This document shows, piece after piece, positions 24,322 to 34,311 of a stretch of 64,000 nucleotides of DNA (position 1 is its first letter; every line of letters starts with the position of its first letter). The position numbers and the translations under genes were made by a program. The notes under the pieces are model-generated. The model was not told where the DNA came from and ran no database searches. It saw only the letters and a list, made by a program, of their open reading frames with translations. Origin of the DNA: Alphaproteobacteria bacterium (GTDB lineage: Bacteria > Pseudomonadota > Alphaproteobacteria > UBA828); NCBI GenBank assembly GCA_965243375.1, contig CBDEUT010000009.1, positions 896,401 to 960,400 on the forward strand. Reading direction: 5' to 3'.

Positions 24322-25796
24322 GAGGGGTCTCCCCGATCGTCGTCTTCGCCCGGCCCGGGGCTTTCGGCGTGAGGCAGCCAGGCCGGCGGCAGGCCCGTCG
24401 CGGCCTGGTCGTCGAGGATGCGCCTGAGCAGCGGCGCGGCTTCGCCCCCGCCGGCGCTGCCGCCGCCATCGTTGTCGCCGGGCCCGGCCGGGCGGCGCAT
24501 ACCGCCGGCATTGCCGCGCCGGTCGAGCGGGTAGAGGGTGCACAGCCGCTCGCCGCTTCGGCCGTCGACCAGATCAACGCTGGCCAGGTCCCAGCGCGCA
24601 TAGCGGATCCACAGCGTGCTCAGGTGGCGCCACGGCGCGGGAACCTGATAGCGGATGCCCTCGAGCGACACGGTTCCGTCCGAGCGCCGCAGCGTGCGCT
24701 TCACGGTGATGCGGAACGCCGCCCTGAGCTCGTCGCGGCCGAGGCAGGGCCTCGACGCATCGTCGCTGTCGAGCAGGCGCTTGAGCGGCGTGGTGCCGAG
24801 CTCGCGGTGCACCCGGCGGTGGTAGTCCTGCTCGACCCAGGCGACGGTCGCGTCGTTGAGCGTCTTCAGGGTGAGCGGCTCGACGCCTTCGAGCATGGCC
24901 ATCAGGCGGCCCTCGACCGAGGCCCACAGGACCTCCATCTTGCCATTCTGATGAGGCGCCCCCGCGAGGGTCCTGGAGTGGATGATGCCGAGCCGGTGCA
25001 GCCCCTCCTCGACCTCCCCCGCCATCATCGGCGAGCCGTTGTCGCTCATGAGCGCGCGCGGCAGGCCGCGCTTCATGAAGGCCTGGCAGAGCCCGTGGAC
25101 GAAGACCTCGGCGGTCTCCTCCAGGTACCACTGCAGGTGGCAACCCACCCGCGAGTGGTCGTCGAGGAAGCCGAGCATGATCGGCGTGCGCCAGGCGCCG
25201 GACGCGGTCAGCACCCGGCACCGGGCATGATGGAAGTCGGTGTGCCAGAGCGCATGGCTGCGCGAGACCTCGAAGCTCAGCACCTCGCGCGGCTCGACCG
25301 GCGCCCGCTCGGGTTCCCGGTCGAAGCGCCGCCGGCGGCGCTGGCGCACCAACCCGCGATTGCGCATTGCCCGGGTCAGCGTCGCGTAGGAGGGCATCGG
25401 GCCGAGCGCCGGATCGACCTCGACCAGCGCCCGCAGGTTGTCGTAATGCAGCTGCCCCGACCACGACGGATGCGCCCGGTACTGGCCGCGCAGCGCCTCG
25501 ATCAGCGCCGGCGACATCGCCCGCTCGCGGCCGGCATCGGTGCGCGGCCGGCGGCGCAGCGCCTTGACCGGATCCCGGTCCGCCGCCCGTGCCTGGTAGT
25601 ACCAGCGTTCGATCGTCGACACCGAGAAGCGCACCGGCCCCTTGCCGGACGGGTGATCCCAGTCGCGTTGCGACAGCCGCTCCAGCTCCGCCCGCAACTG
25701 CCCCGTGGGCGGCGGCGAGGCCAGCAACGGCCCGACGACCGCGAAGCGCAGCCGCGCCCACCGGTCGCGGTCGCCCCCTCCGTTGTTGCTGTCCAT
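24318..25796 (-). CDS. tniA: TniA-like DDE transposase (Mu/Tn552/Tn5053 retroviral-integrase superfamily)
   Basis: 492 aa; N-terminal RWARLRF HTH; rve core HTDFHH...SDNGS...E; Mu-transposase-like C-terminal domain. Confidence 0.8.
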   Translation of the reverse strand: MDSNNGGGDRDRWARLRFAVVGPLLASPPPTGQLRAELERLSQRDWDHPSGKGPVRFSVSTIERWYYQARAADRDPVKALRRRPRTDAGRERAMSPALIEALRGQYRAHPSWSGQLHYDNLRALVEVDPALGPMPSYATLTRAMRNRGLVRQRRRRRFDREPERAPVEPREVLSFEVSRSHALWHTDFHHARCRVLTASGAWRTPIMLGFLDDHSRVGCHLQWYLEETAEVFVHGLCQAFMKRGLPRALMSDNGSPMMAGEVEEGLHRLGIIHSRTLAGAPHQNGKMEVLWASVEGRLMAMLEGVEPLTLKTLNDATVAWVEQDYHRRVHRELGTTPLKRLLDSDDASRPCLGRDELRAAFRITVKRTLRRSDGTVSLEGIRYQVPAPWRHLSTLWIRYARWDLASVDLVDGRSGERLCTLYPLDRRGNAGGMRRPAGPGDNDGGGSAGGGEAAPLLRRILDDQAATGLPPAWLPHAESPGPGEDDDRGDPS

Positions 25797-25850
25797 GGCG
25801 GCATCTCGACTCTCCCTGGCCGTGTCGGGGAGATGCCCATGTAGAGCGCC

Positions 25851-26465
25851 CTATCCGTTCATGACAGAAACGTTTTCTGCGGGCGCCGCCGGCCCGGCGC
25901 CGAGCGCGCAAAAGCCGGTCCACGGCATCAGCCAGACCAGGCTGCGCAACAGCCGCGAGCGGAAGCCGCGGCCCCGCATGGTGCGCAGCAGCCAGCGCAG
26001 CGGCACGTCGGCGGGGGGTGCCGCCAGCGCGCCCCGCTTCGCCCCCCACTCCCGGGTCAGCGGGAAGACTTCCAGCCACCAGCGCCGCCAGCGCTTCAGC
26101 GTCGAGGCCGGAACCCCGCACCGCCGCGCGATCGTCTGCAACCGCACGCCGCCGGCCACAGCCAGCGCGCTCACCACCAGGAACAGCGCCCCGACGTAGA
26201 AGCGGCGCCCGAAGAAACGCACCGACGGCGGCTTCACGCGGCGCCGGCATGACGAACAGCACAAGCTGAAGCGCCGCGCGTCGTCCCGAAGATCCACCGC
26301 CAGACCGTAGGGCTTGCGCGGGTAGGTCGCGCTGTGAAGCGTGCCGCCGCAGCGCGGACAGCCGGCCGCTCGGCAGGCCTCCGCCTCCGCCGCATCGACG
26401 CGCTTGAGAAAAGCCCAGACCCGGGCATTCGAATGGATGGAGTGCCGGAACAGCTTGTGCGACAT
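25851..26465 (-). CDS. hypothetical Zn-ribbon protein upstream of tniA (possible TniQ-like target selector or regulator)
   Basis: 204 aa; CPRCGG...CCSSCRRR zinc ribbon, ASTLKRWRRWW HTH-like segment; co-oriented and 54 nt upstream of tniA. Confidence 0.45.
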   Translation of the reverse strand: MSHKLFRHSIHSNARVWAFLKRVDAAEAEACRAAGCPRCGGTLHSATYPRKPYGLAVDLRDDARRFSLCCSSCRRRVKPPSVRFFGRRFYVGALFLVVSALAVAGGVRLQTIARRCGVPASTLKRWRRWWLEVFPLTREWGAKRGALAAPPADVPLRWLLRTMRGRGFRSRLLRSLVWLMPWTGFCALGAGPAAPAENVSVMNG

Positions 26466-26717
26466 TGGGGCCGTCTCAGGTTGATATCACCGTCACCGAG
26501 ACAAGCCCTCCGGCGGCCTTCATGCAAGATCGCCGGGGGGCAACCACCCCAAATCCTCGATTAATTCGAGCGGATCAGCCCTGATTCCCCGCTGAAATTC
26601 TGCGCCCTCTCACGCGACGCGCTCGCCGCGCGGCTCGCGCCCCTCTTCCGCTTCGCGGGAGGGGGAGGGCAGCCCGCATGAGAGCGGGCATTCAGGGGCG
26701 AGAGAGGGAGCATCGCG

Positions 26718-26957
26718 ATGGGACGCTATCGAACCGACCTTACATTCGCGCGCGCAGCGCAGGACGAAGTGCGCATCTACCGTCACGGCGAGTACATCGG
26801 CGACATCTACAAGGACGAGGACATTCTCAACCCGGGCCGCTTCCACTATCTGATCTGGCTGGCCGAGGACTGGCGCGGCTGGAAGCGCGTGACCGAGCGC
26901 AGCCAGCTCCGGGCCGCCACGGAGCGATGGGTGGAGACTCATCCGTTCTACGGATGA
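26718..26957 (+). CDS. small hypothetical protein (79 aa)
   Basis: GAGAGGGAG RBS 9 nt upstream; MGRYRTDLTFARAAQDEVRIYRHGEYIGDIYKDEDILNPGRFHYLIWLAEDWRGWKR...; coding-like composition. Confidence 0.45.
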   Translation: MGRYRTDLTFARAAQDEVRIYRHGEYIGDIYKDEDILNPGRFHYLIWLAEDWRGWKRVTERSQLRAATERWVETHPFYG

Positions 26958-27618
26958 CACCGAAGCGTGCGCTTCGGCTCCAATCCCGTCCGGCGTATCG
27001 GCATTCAAGAAAAGGGTTGGGCGCGTCGCTTCGCGACCGGGCTACCCTGTCGAGCCCGCTGCGCGGTCTCGCCCCTTCGGGCGGGTATCCCTCGCGCCTC
27101 CGGTCGCTGCGCTCCCTCCGCGCTTCGCTTGGCAAGGAGGGCGGTGCGTGTGGAGAGAGGGCTACTCCTCCCGAGGTGTGCCCATTGTTCCACACGTGCT
27201 CGCGACAGCAACCCTGCGGGTCCTCCGGTCGCTCCGCTCCCTGCGGCCTGGCCCAAAAACCTCTAGGGCGGGCCGTGAAAGTCGCCGACCGTGAAGTTGG
27301 GCTTGCGCGAACTCTCCCACCGCCTCGCGTGTGGCGCGCCGGACCCGCGAGCGGGCCCGGCGCATCGGCCCGGCGCTCCCAGCCCTTGAGCAGGCCAACT
27401 CGAAAAGCGGCCAGCCACCGCGACCCCGCGCCGGGCCTCCCTAAGCCGCACGACGCCCAACTTCCGCACCACTCGGCGACTTTCCGCACCAACCCCGCCC
27501 AAGAGGTTCTAGGGCCAGGTGCTGTCCCTGCGCGCGCGTGAACCAACAGGCACACGTCGGGAGACGAACGCCCCGGCGGTTCCGGGCCAGACGGCTCACG
27601 CAAACAAGGAGACAGTCA

Positions 27619-28541
27619 TGTACGACATCGACAGCATCGACACGCCGAACGAGTCAGCGACCGCAGCGATCTGCGAGCAGGCGCAGCTCTTCGGCGCGAC
27701 GCCCGAGCGCGGCGAGTTCGACACCCGCGACGTCTGGGACGAGGACGACGCCACCAGCGCGCTGAGCGAAGCGTTCCGCATCGTCGCCGAGGGCGTCGCA
27801 CCGGACGGCTTCCAGCTCGCCGATGAGCGCGAGAGCCTGCTGTGGGGCTTCGTCAACTGCCTCGACGCCCAGGTGCGGCGCCTCGACCGCAGCGTCGACC
27901 GGCTGAGCCCGGAGCTGCGCGACCTCCAGCGCGAGCAGGACGGCACCGAGATCAAGTCACGCGAGCTGGAGCTGGTGACGCAGCGGGCGCAGAACCTCGG
28001 CGACCGGCGCGACGCCTTCGAGACCATGCGCGACGCGGCGGCGGAGCAGTACCGCGCCGCCACCGGCGAGACCTGGCGCCCGCGCTACGGCAGCCACACC
28101 AGCCAGACCGGCAAGCTGACCTCTGCTGCCATCGACGCGCGCGACTTCATGCGGGCGAGGAAGGACCGCGAGACGCGCGCGCACCTGCCCGAGGGAACGC
28201 TGATCGCCGTCGCGGGCGGCAAGGACGTCCGCGACCCCGCCGCCGTCATCGCGAAGCTGGACAAGGCGAAGGCGAAGTACGCCGACATCATCCTCGCCCA
28301 TGGCGGCGGCCCCGGCGTCGAGCGCATCGCGGCGCGCTGGGCCGAGCGCAACGGCGTCCACCAAGTGGTCTGCAAGCCCGACTGGAACAAGCACAAGCGG
28401 GCCGCCCCGTTCCGGCGCAACGAGGAGCTGCTGAACCTGCTGCCGAAGGGCCTCATCGCCTTCCCCGGCAACGGCATCACCGACAACCTCGTGGACCGCG
28501 CACGGCAGCTCGGCATCCCGGTCCAGCGCTGCGACGCATAG
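27619..28541 (+). CDS. DUF2493 (SLOG/DprA-like Rossmann) domain protein with N-terminal coiled-coil extension
   Basis: C-terminal LIAVAGGKDVRDPAAVIAKLD...ADIILAHGGGPGVERIAARWAERNGVHQVVCKPDW...LIAFPGNGITDNLVDRARQLGIPV matches DUF2493 as recalled; start at the ATG at 27619 (the ORF track begins at 27519). Confidence 0.65.
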
Positions 28542-29097
28542 TCCGCAGCGCATCGCGGGCCGCGTCGTCTCCGGACGGCGCGGTCCGTTTCTTTTTGGTC
28601 GGACCTCACGGCAACGCCACAGCGTCCTCCTCGCGCCGCCGCTTCGCGCGGCGCTCGTCGCGGTCCTCGCCGCACTCGCCCTGGCCGGCTGCGCCGGCTG
28701 CGGGCATCGCCCCGGCTCGTGCCCGGCGCACTTCGTGCCTCGCCGGTGCCGGCTTCGCCGCGCACCGTGCTCCGCACTGCGCCGTGCAGTGGTGCCCTCA
28801 CGAGTGCGGACAGCACCGCCAACGCCTCCGGCAGCGTGCTGCCCACCACTGCCCGCGGCTCCGGCCGCACCGTCCGCCACTCAATCGCCGTGGTGGCTCC
28901 GATCCACCGGCTTCACCGACGTCGATTTCCCGAACATTGATGCTACCGATTCGGCCGTTCCGGACCGCCCGGGGCGGCTGTTTTTCCACACCCCACGCAG
29001 CGGGCTGCAAAAGGGCGCATGCGCGCGCGGAGCGTGCCGTTTGCGTGCCTTTTCGGCGCCTTTGGGAGACTTTCGGCGTCCGCTTCTTGTTGGAGCG

Positions 29098-29240
29098 AGT
29101 CGCTTCTCTGGAGAACCGCCGTCAACCGTCTGGAATCGCGTGCTTTTTCAGAACGCGGTTCTCTGGAGAACCGCCCGGATCGCCCCGAACTTCTCCAGAG
29201 AACCGCCGATTCAGGCCCACGCTTCTCTGGAGAACCGCCC
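29098..29240 (+). repeat. four 17-bp iterons TTCTCTGGAGAACCGCC (third copy TTCTCCAGAGAACCGCC), candidate oriT/operator
   Basis: Copies at about 29101, 29160, 29190 and 29223; core TTCTC-YR-GAGAA is itself a palindrome; in a 745-bp gene-free gap just downstream of the RHH gene and traA. Confidence 0.6.
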
Positions 29241-29287
29241 GAAACGGCGGCGCATCGCCCGTTTCGGCCGACCCGGAAGACGGCCGA

Positions 29288-29740
29288 TTAGCCCGAGGTC
29301 GCCTTATCGGTGGCCACGGGGACGGTCTTCGCTTGACGGTCTTCCCCGTTCGGACCGCCGCCGATCAGCTCGTCCTGGACCCCTCGCGCGCCGGCGATCA
29401 GCGCGTCCAGCTCCTCTTCGCGGCCTTCGTCGAGCATGTCGTAGAGCAGTTTCGACACCAGGATGTGGGCGGCGCGGAAGGTCAGCTCGATCAGGGGGGC
29501 CAGCCGGTCCGCCGCCGCGCCCGCCGGCGGGCCGTCCGCCACCGCCGCCAGCGCGGCGAAGCGGACGAACTCAGGGCCGGTCAGGCCGCGTTGTTCGGCG
29601 GCGGCCTCGACCCGCTCCCACTCCGGATCGTGGAACCGGATCGAATGCGGGTTGCGTTTCTCCGTCCTGCCGGCCTCGGCCGGGGCGGTTTCGGGCTGTT
29701 TTCCGTCCATTCCGTTCCTTCCGCGCTTCCCGTTTCCCAC
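29288..29740 (-). CDS. ribbon-helix-helix (MobC/CopG-like) DNA-binding protein, putative relaxosome accessory factor
   Basis: 150 aa; HSIRFHDPEWERVEAAAEQRGLTGPEFVRFAALAAV fits a beta-strand + two-helix RHH; starts 31 nt downstream of the traA stop. Confidence 0.5.
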   Translation of the reverse strand: MGNGKRGRNGMDGKQPETAPAEAGRTEKRNPHSIRFHDPEWERVEAAAEQRGLTGPEFVRFAALAAVADGPPAGAAADRLAPLIELTFRAAHILVSKLLYDMLDEGREEELDALIAGARGVQDELIGGGPNGEDRQAKTVPVATDKATSG

Positions 29741-29770
29741 CTTCGCCGGAGGATCCGGCGGCCCGGCGCG

Positions 29771-32700
29771 CTACAGTCCGAGGTCCATGCCGCCCCTGCC
29801 GCGCCCGCGCGCGGGCGGTTCCGGCGCCTTCCCGGGCGCCTTGGCAGGGGATTTCGCGGGCGTCTCCGCCCCCTCCCGGCCCTTGCCGGGGTCCCGTTCG
29901 GCTCCGCGGTCCGGGCGCAGCGCACGGTCTTGGCCGTACTCGGCCGCCTTTTCCGGTGTCCCTCGCCGCATCTCGCCGATGCCTTCGAGCGCCGCGATGC
30001 GCTCGCCGGTGACGGCTTCGAGCTGCGCCTTCAGCTCGTCGGCGTTGTCGGTGACCAGCTCGGCCCGGTCGCGCGCCCGGCTGATCTCGACGTAGAAGCT
30101 CTTCTGCGTGGTGAGGTGCGGGTGCCTGGCCTCCATCGCGGCGATCACGTTGTCCACCGTACGGCCCTGGAAGGCGTACACGGTGGACGCCCAGGCATGG
30201 TCGAGATGGCGAAGCTGCGGGTCGCTCTTGCCCAGCTCCAGCGTCTTCCCGTCCTCCAGGCGGAACGTCACCCGGCCGTTGGCGACCTTGAGCACTTCCG
30301 CCGTGCGGCTGTTGACCAGCCCGAGACCGGCGTCGTTGCGCGTCCAGCGGATGCGGTCGCCGGCCCTGAGTCCGATTTCTTCCGCGCGGTAGACCTCGCT
30401 GCCGCCCTTGCGCCCGCCGATCTCCTGTGGCTTCCAGGCGACCGAGCCGCCCTTTCCGTCGCAGCACCGCGCGGGCCTTGTAATCGACTCCCATGACGCG
30501 CCGCTCGTCGCCCTTCTCGACGCCGATCCGCTTGTAGGGGCGGTGGAAGGCGACCACGTCGCCCGGTCCGTAGTTGCCGGCGAGCGTCTTCTCGGCATTG
30601 GTGTAGCCCATCGAGACCAGCCGTTCGGACGCCATCGCCGCCCCGTGGATGCGGCCCTCACGGGCCAGGCGCTCGCGGATGTGGCCGTTGATCGCCTGGC
30701 GCAGCTCGTGCGAGGGCGCCATCACGCCGGTGTTCTGCCGCGCTTCTTCGTCCAGCCTGAGCCAGCGGGCCGCGACCGCGCCGGCGATATTGTCGGGCTT
30801 CACCTCGGCGACGTTGCTCCCGAGCTTCTCGAAGGCGCGCTCGATGTCGCCCTTGAGGCTGGCTTCCACCGCTTCCTTCAGCACCGCGTCGCGCTGGCGC
30901 ATGATCTCGTCCATCGTCGCGGTCCGCATGCCGGCGGCCTGGAGCTGGGCGAAGGGCTTCCCGGCATCCACTGCATCCAACTGCTTCGCGTCGCCCACCA
31001 GCACCAGGCGGGGGATGCGGAGTTCGTTCGCGATCCTGAGGAGGTCCCGCGCCTGCACGGTGGAGGCGAGCGAGCCCTCGTCCACCACCAGGATCGTCTT
31101 CGCGAAGGCCGCGCGCATCTCCCGCGCGCCCTTGCGCGTGAGCCGTCCCTCCGCCACGCCGGCGTTGCGGGCGAGGAAGCGCTGGAGGGTTTCGGACTCG
31201 ATCCCGGCCTCGGAGGCGAGCGTCCGGACCGCCGACGCGGACGGCGCGAGCCCCGCCATGCGCCAGCCCTTCTTCTCCGCGAGCGCCCGCGCGCGGCTCA
31301 GCATCGTGGTCTTTCCGGTGCCGGCGTAGCCCTGCACGCCCACCGTGCGATCCTTCGCCGACAGGATCAGCTTCACCGCGTCCTTCTGCCCGGCCGTGAG
31401 CGGCCCCTTGTTGAGGTGCCCCTGGACCTGCCAGCCGCGCATCGGCGCCCGGCCGCGGCCCCGGCCGCCGCGCCACAGCGCCACCGCCTCGCGCTCCTCG
31501 CCGACGGTGCGGTCGGTGGCGAGCGAGTCCTCGGCGCCGGGGATGTTCACCGCATGCAGGGTCCCGGCCTTCTCCAGCGCCGCGACCTCGCGTTCGACCT
31601 CCCCGATCGACGCGGCGCCGGGCGCATGGGCGAGCGCGGCGGCCAGGAGATCGGTGCGGGCGAACACCGCCTCGCGCTCCGAGAGGTGCGCCATCCCCCA
31701 GGCCACCGCCTCCGCGGCGGGCGACGACGGCGCGGCTTCCACCGCCCCTTCGCGCGCCGGCGCGTGTGCCCCGGACCCTGCCGCCGCCAGCTCCACGGAC
31801 CCTGAGTCCATGCCGGCTGCGCCCGCCTCTCGTGCATCCCCGATCTCCGGCAGCGCTGTCGCCACTGGTATCCGTGCCTCGCCTGCCTCCGCGGTCGGTT
31901 CCGCCGCCGCTTCCAGACCCGGCGAAGCCGAGCGTTCGACGGCGCCGGCGACCAGCGCACCGGTATCGAGGCCGAGATCGGCCGTCTGCTTCCGCCAGAC
32001 GCCGCGCAGCTCATCGCGGTCGATGTCGCGCTTGACGGCGCGGGTCATCAGCGCCGCTCGCTCCGCCAGGCGAGGATTGTCCGCTGAGCTGCCCAGATCG
32101 CGCGCCGCCATCGCCGCCTCGATCTCCGCCCGCCGCGTCGAGAAGGCCTCGATCGCCGCGCGCGGCACGCCGGCGATCTCGAAACGGCCGTCGGCATGGG
32201 TCTTCTCGATGCCGTAGCCGAGCTTCGAGAGGCCGGCCGCGAGCTCGCTCCGGTAGAGCATCCCGATCAGCTTCTGGCGCGCATAGAGGCCCTCGTTGGC
32301 CATGGTCCGCCACTTGCCGTCGTTGCCCTGCACCATGTTGGCGAGCACGGCGTGGGTGTGGAGCTGCGGATCCAGGTTGCGCGAGGTGTCGTGCCGGAAG
32401 GTGGCGGCGACCATCTTCTGGTTGCCGACCCGCACCATCCTGCCCGTGTCCGGGTCCTTCATGCGGGTCTCGGCCGCGTTCTTCTCCACCCAGGTCAGCG
32501 TCGCGGCGACGGCGCGGTCGTGGGCGTCCACGATGCGCGCATCGCCGCCGACCAGCGCGGCGAGGGAAACGGATTTCGGGGCGGAGAAAGTGAGGTCGCG
32601 GCCGGGGCGGTGCACGATCTCCCCGTCCTTGACGCGCTTGCCGAGCCGCCGCCCCGAGCCGTCCGGCACGCGGCCTTCGAGGACCTGCCGGAACGTATCG

Positions 32701-32906
32701 GCGTCGACCGGTCCCGTCAGCCCGAGCTCTTCGGCGCCCCTGCCGGCCCAGGCGCTGGCCTCGCGGTGCTCGGGATCGTCCTTCGCGTAGTAGCCGTCGC
32801 GCTCGTAGTAGCTCGCTCCCTGGGGCCGGGAGGCGGGCGAAGGAGACAGGGCCGGGCGGAGAGTCCCTTTCCCCGTGCCGGCGGTATGATCGGAGGCCAT
32901 GACCAT
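29771..32906 (-). pseudogene. traA: MOBF-type conjugative relaxase-helicase TraA/TrwC-like, frameshifted near 30430-30480
   Basis: N-terminal relaxase (YYERDGYYAKDD, HTHAVLANM), central AAA_30 helicase (GYAGTGKTT); coding continues in another frame (ORF 29771-30661: ...RIRWTRNDAGLGLVNSRTAEVL...AFQGRTVDNVIA...); the first about 100 codons of the 1,211-aa ORF look non-coding. Confidence 0.8.
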
Positions 32907-33279
32907 GACGCGAACATTTGACGGACCTGACAATGGCCCGGCAGCGCCGAGCCGCAGCTCCCGGCCAACCGGCATCGAGCGCGCCATCGTCCTCTGCGGT
33001 TTCGTGGCCGCGGCGCTGTGGACCGCGCTGTCTGCTGCCGCCGGCACCGGCATGGAATCTGCCGGCGCTCTGTGGCTGGCGGCCATCGCCTGGGCCGTCG
33101 TCTCCTCGCTGGCGCTCGCGCTCCGGCGCGGCGTCCGCGACGGCGACTGGTCCGCTTTCCGCCGCCGCCGGTCCCGGGACAACGGCGACCTCGTGGACTG
33201 GACCACCCGGACCGGCCGCTACACGTATCTTCGGCACCGGGAGGACCGCCTCCTCCACGACGACCGCCACCTGCGCTGA
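32899..33279 (+). CDS. possible small two-TM membrane protein between traA and traG (speculative)
   Basis: 126 aa with two hydrophobic helices (IVLCGFVAAALWTALSAAAGTG, ALWLAAIAWAVVSSLALAL) filling the traA-traG gap on the opposite strand; could be a chance GC-rich ORF. Confidence 0.2.
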   Translation: MTMTRTFDGPDNGPAAPSRSSRPTGIERAIVLCGFVAAALWTALSAAAGTGMESAGALWLAAIAWAVVSSLALALRRGVRDGDWSAFRRRRSRDNGDLVDWTTRTGRYTYLRHREDRLLHDDRHLR

Positions 33280-33296
33280 CCGGCCCGCGGCCCGGC

Positions 33297-34299
33297 TCAC
33301 GGCGACGAATCCCCCCAGCCCCTCTCGTCCCGTCGCGGCGCGGCCTCTTCGGTGCCGCCGGGGACGGCATCGGGCACCGCGTTCTGCGCCGTGCCGAACA
33401 GCTTGCCGGCGAGCCAGTCGCCCACCACGGGCAGGTTCTCCGTCGCGTGCCGCTCGAACGGCTTGTCGGTCTGCGGGCAGCGCCGCCAGCAGCTCGGCCC
33501 GCGCCAGCGCGTCCGTCCGCGCGTCGGGGAAGATGCGCCTGCCGAACACGGTGCCGGCGCGGGCGATCTCGGCGTTCCACTGGCCGTTGAGCCGCCCCGC
33601 CGCATCGCGGCAGGTGACGATCTGACGGTCGATCGGCGTGGCGCCGGTGCCCGTCGCCGGCTGGCGGGTGGCGAACTCGACCATGCGCGCGGGCGAGGCC
33701 CCCGCCGACGGCGAGCCGGTCGCGGTGACCAACGCCCAGATGTCCGTCGACTCTCTGAGATCGTCCGCCGACATGTGCCCGAGCAGCAGCGCGTGGAACA
33801 CGCACTGGCGGGCGTAGTTGCGCACGTTGCGGGCGAACACTGCGTCGGTTATCTCGAGCCGGGTCGCCTTGGCCGCGAGCCTGGCCCCGAAGATCAGCCC
33901 GTGGCGCCGGTACTGGAGGTCGTTCGGCAGCGTGAACGCCTGCTCGGTGAGGCGCGTCAGCCCATCTCCGACCTGCGACGTAATCGAGGCGAACAGCGCG
34001 AGGCCTATGGGCACGTTCGCCACCACCGCCGGGGCCAGCGTGGGGTCCAGCCGGTCGACGACCCGCACCGTCGCCTTGGGCACGATCATCGCGCCCCAGA
34101 CGACCACGAACAGCAGGATCCACTTCGCGTTGTCCTTCCACGAGCCGCCGAAGGCGGTGCGGAAGAGCACCCAGGCCAGTCCGGCGACGCCGGCGAGCTG
34201 GGCAAGCGTGATGTATGCGCCACCCGAGGTGATCGCGGCGACCGCGTTCAGGAGATCGACGAGGTAGGTCCCGCCGCCGAGGGTGAAGAGCTCGTACAT
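33297..34299 (-). pseudogene. traG: TraG N-terminal-domain protein (F-type mating-pair stabilisation family), frameshifted near 33450-33500
   Basis: MYELFTLGGGTYLVDLLNAVAAITSGGAYITLAQLAGVAGLAW... is the TraG_N signature; the reading frame switches to the 33297-33605 ORF for the C-terminus (...DKPFERHATENLPVVGDWLAGKLFG...). Confidence 0.7.
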
Positions 34300-34311
34300 T
34301 ATATATGGGGG

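Noticed and set aside
24369-26262. ORFs 24369-25844(+) and 24574-26262(-) over tniA and the Zn-ribbon gene
   Set aside because: They are antisense or alternative frames of clearly coding genes.
29098-29240. Possible CRISPR array
   Set aside because: There are only four 17-bp repeats with irregular 13-43-bp spacers and one inverted-core copy. There are no cas genes, so iterons/operator is a better fit.
27842-30496. 884-aa ORF across the DUF2493 / iteron / traA region, plus 27957-28880(-), 28085-28870(-), 28735-30012(+)
   Set aside because: It runs through an intergenic iteron region and antisense to traA. It is extremely Arg/Pro-rich with no domain signatures.
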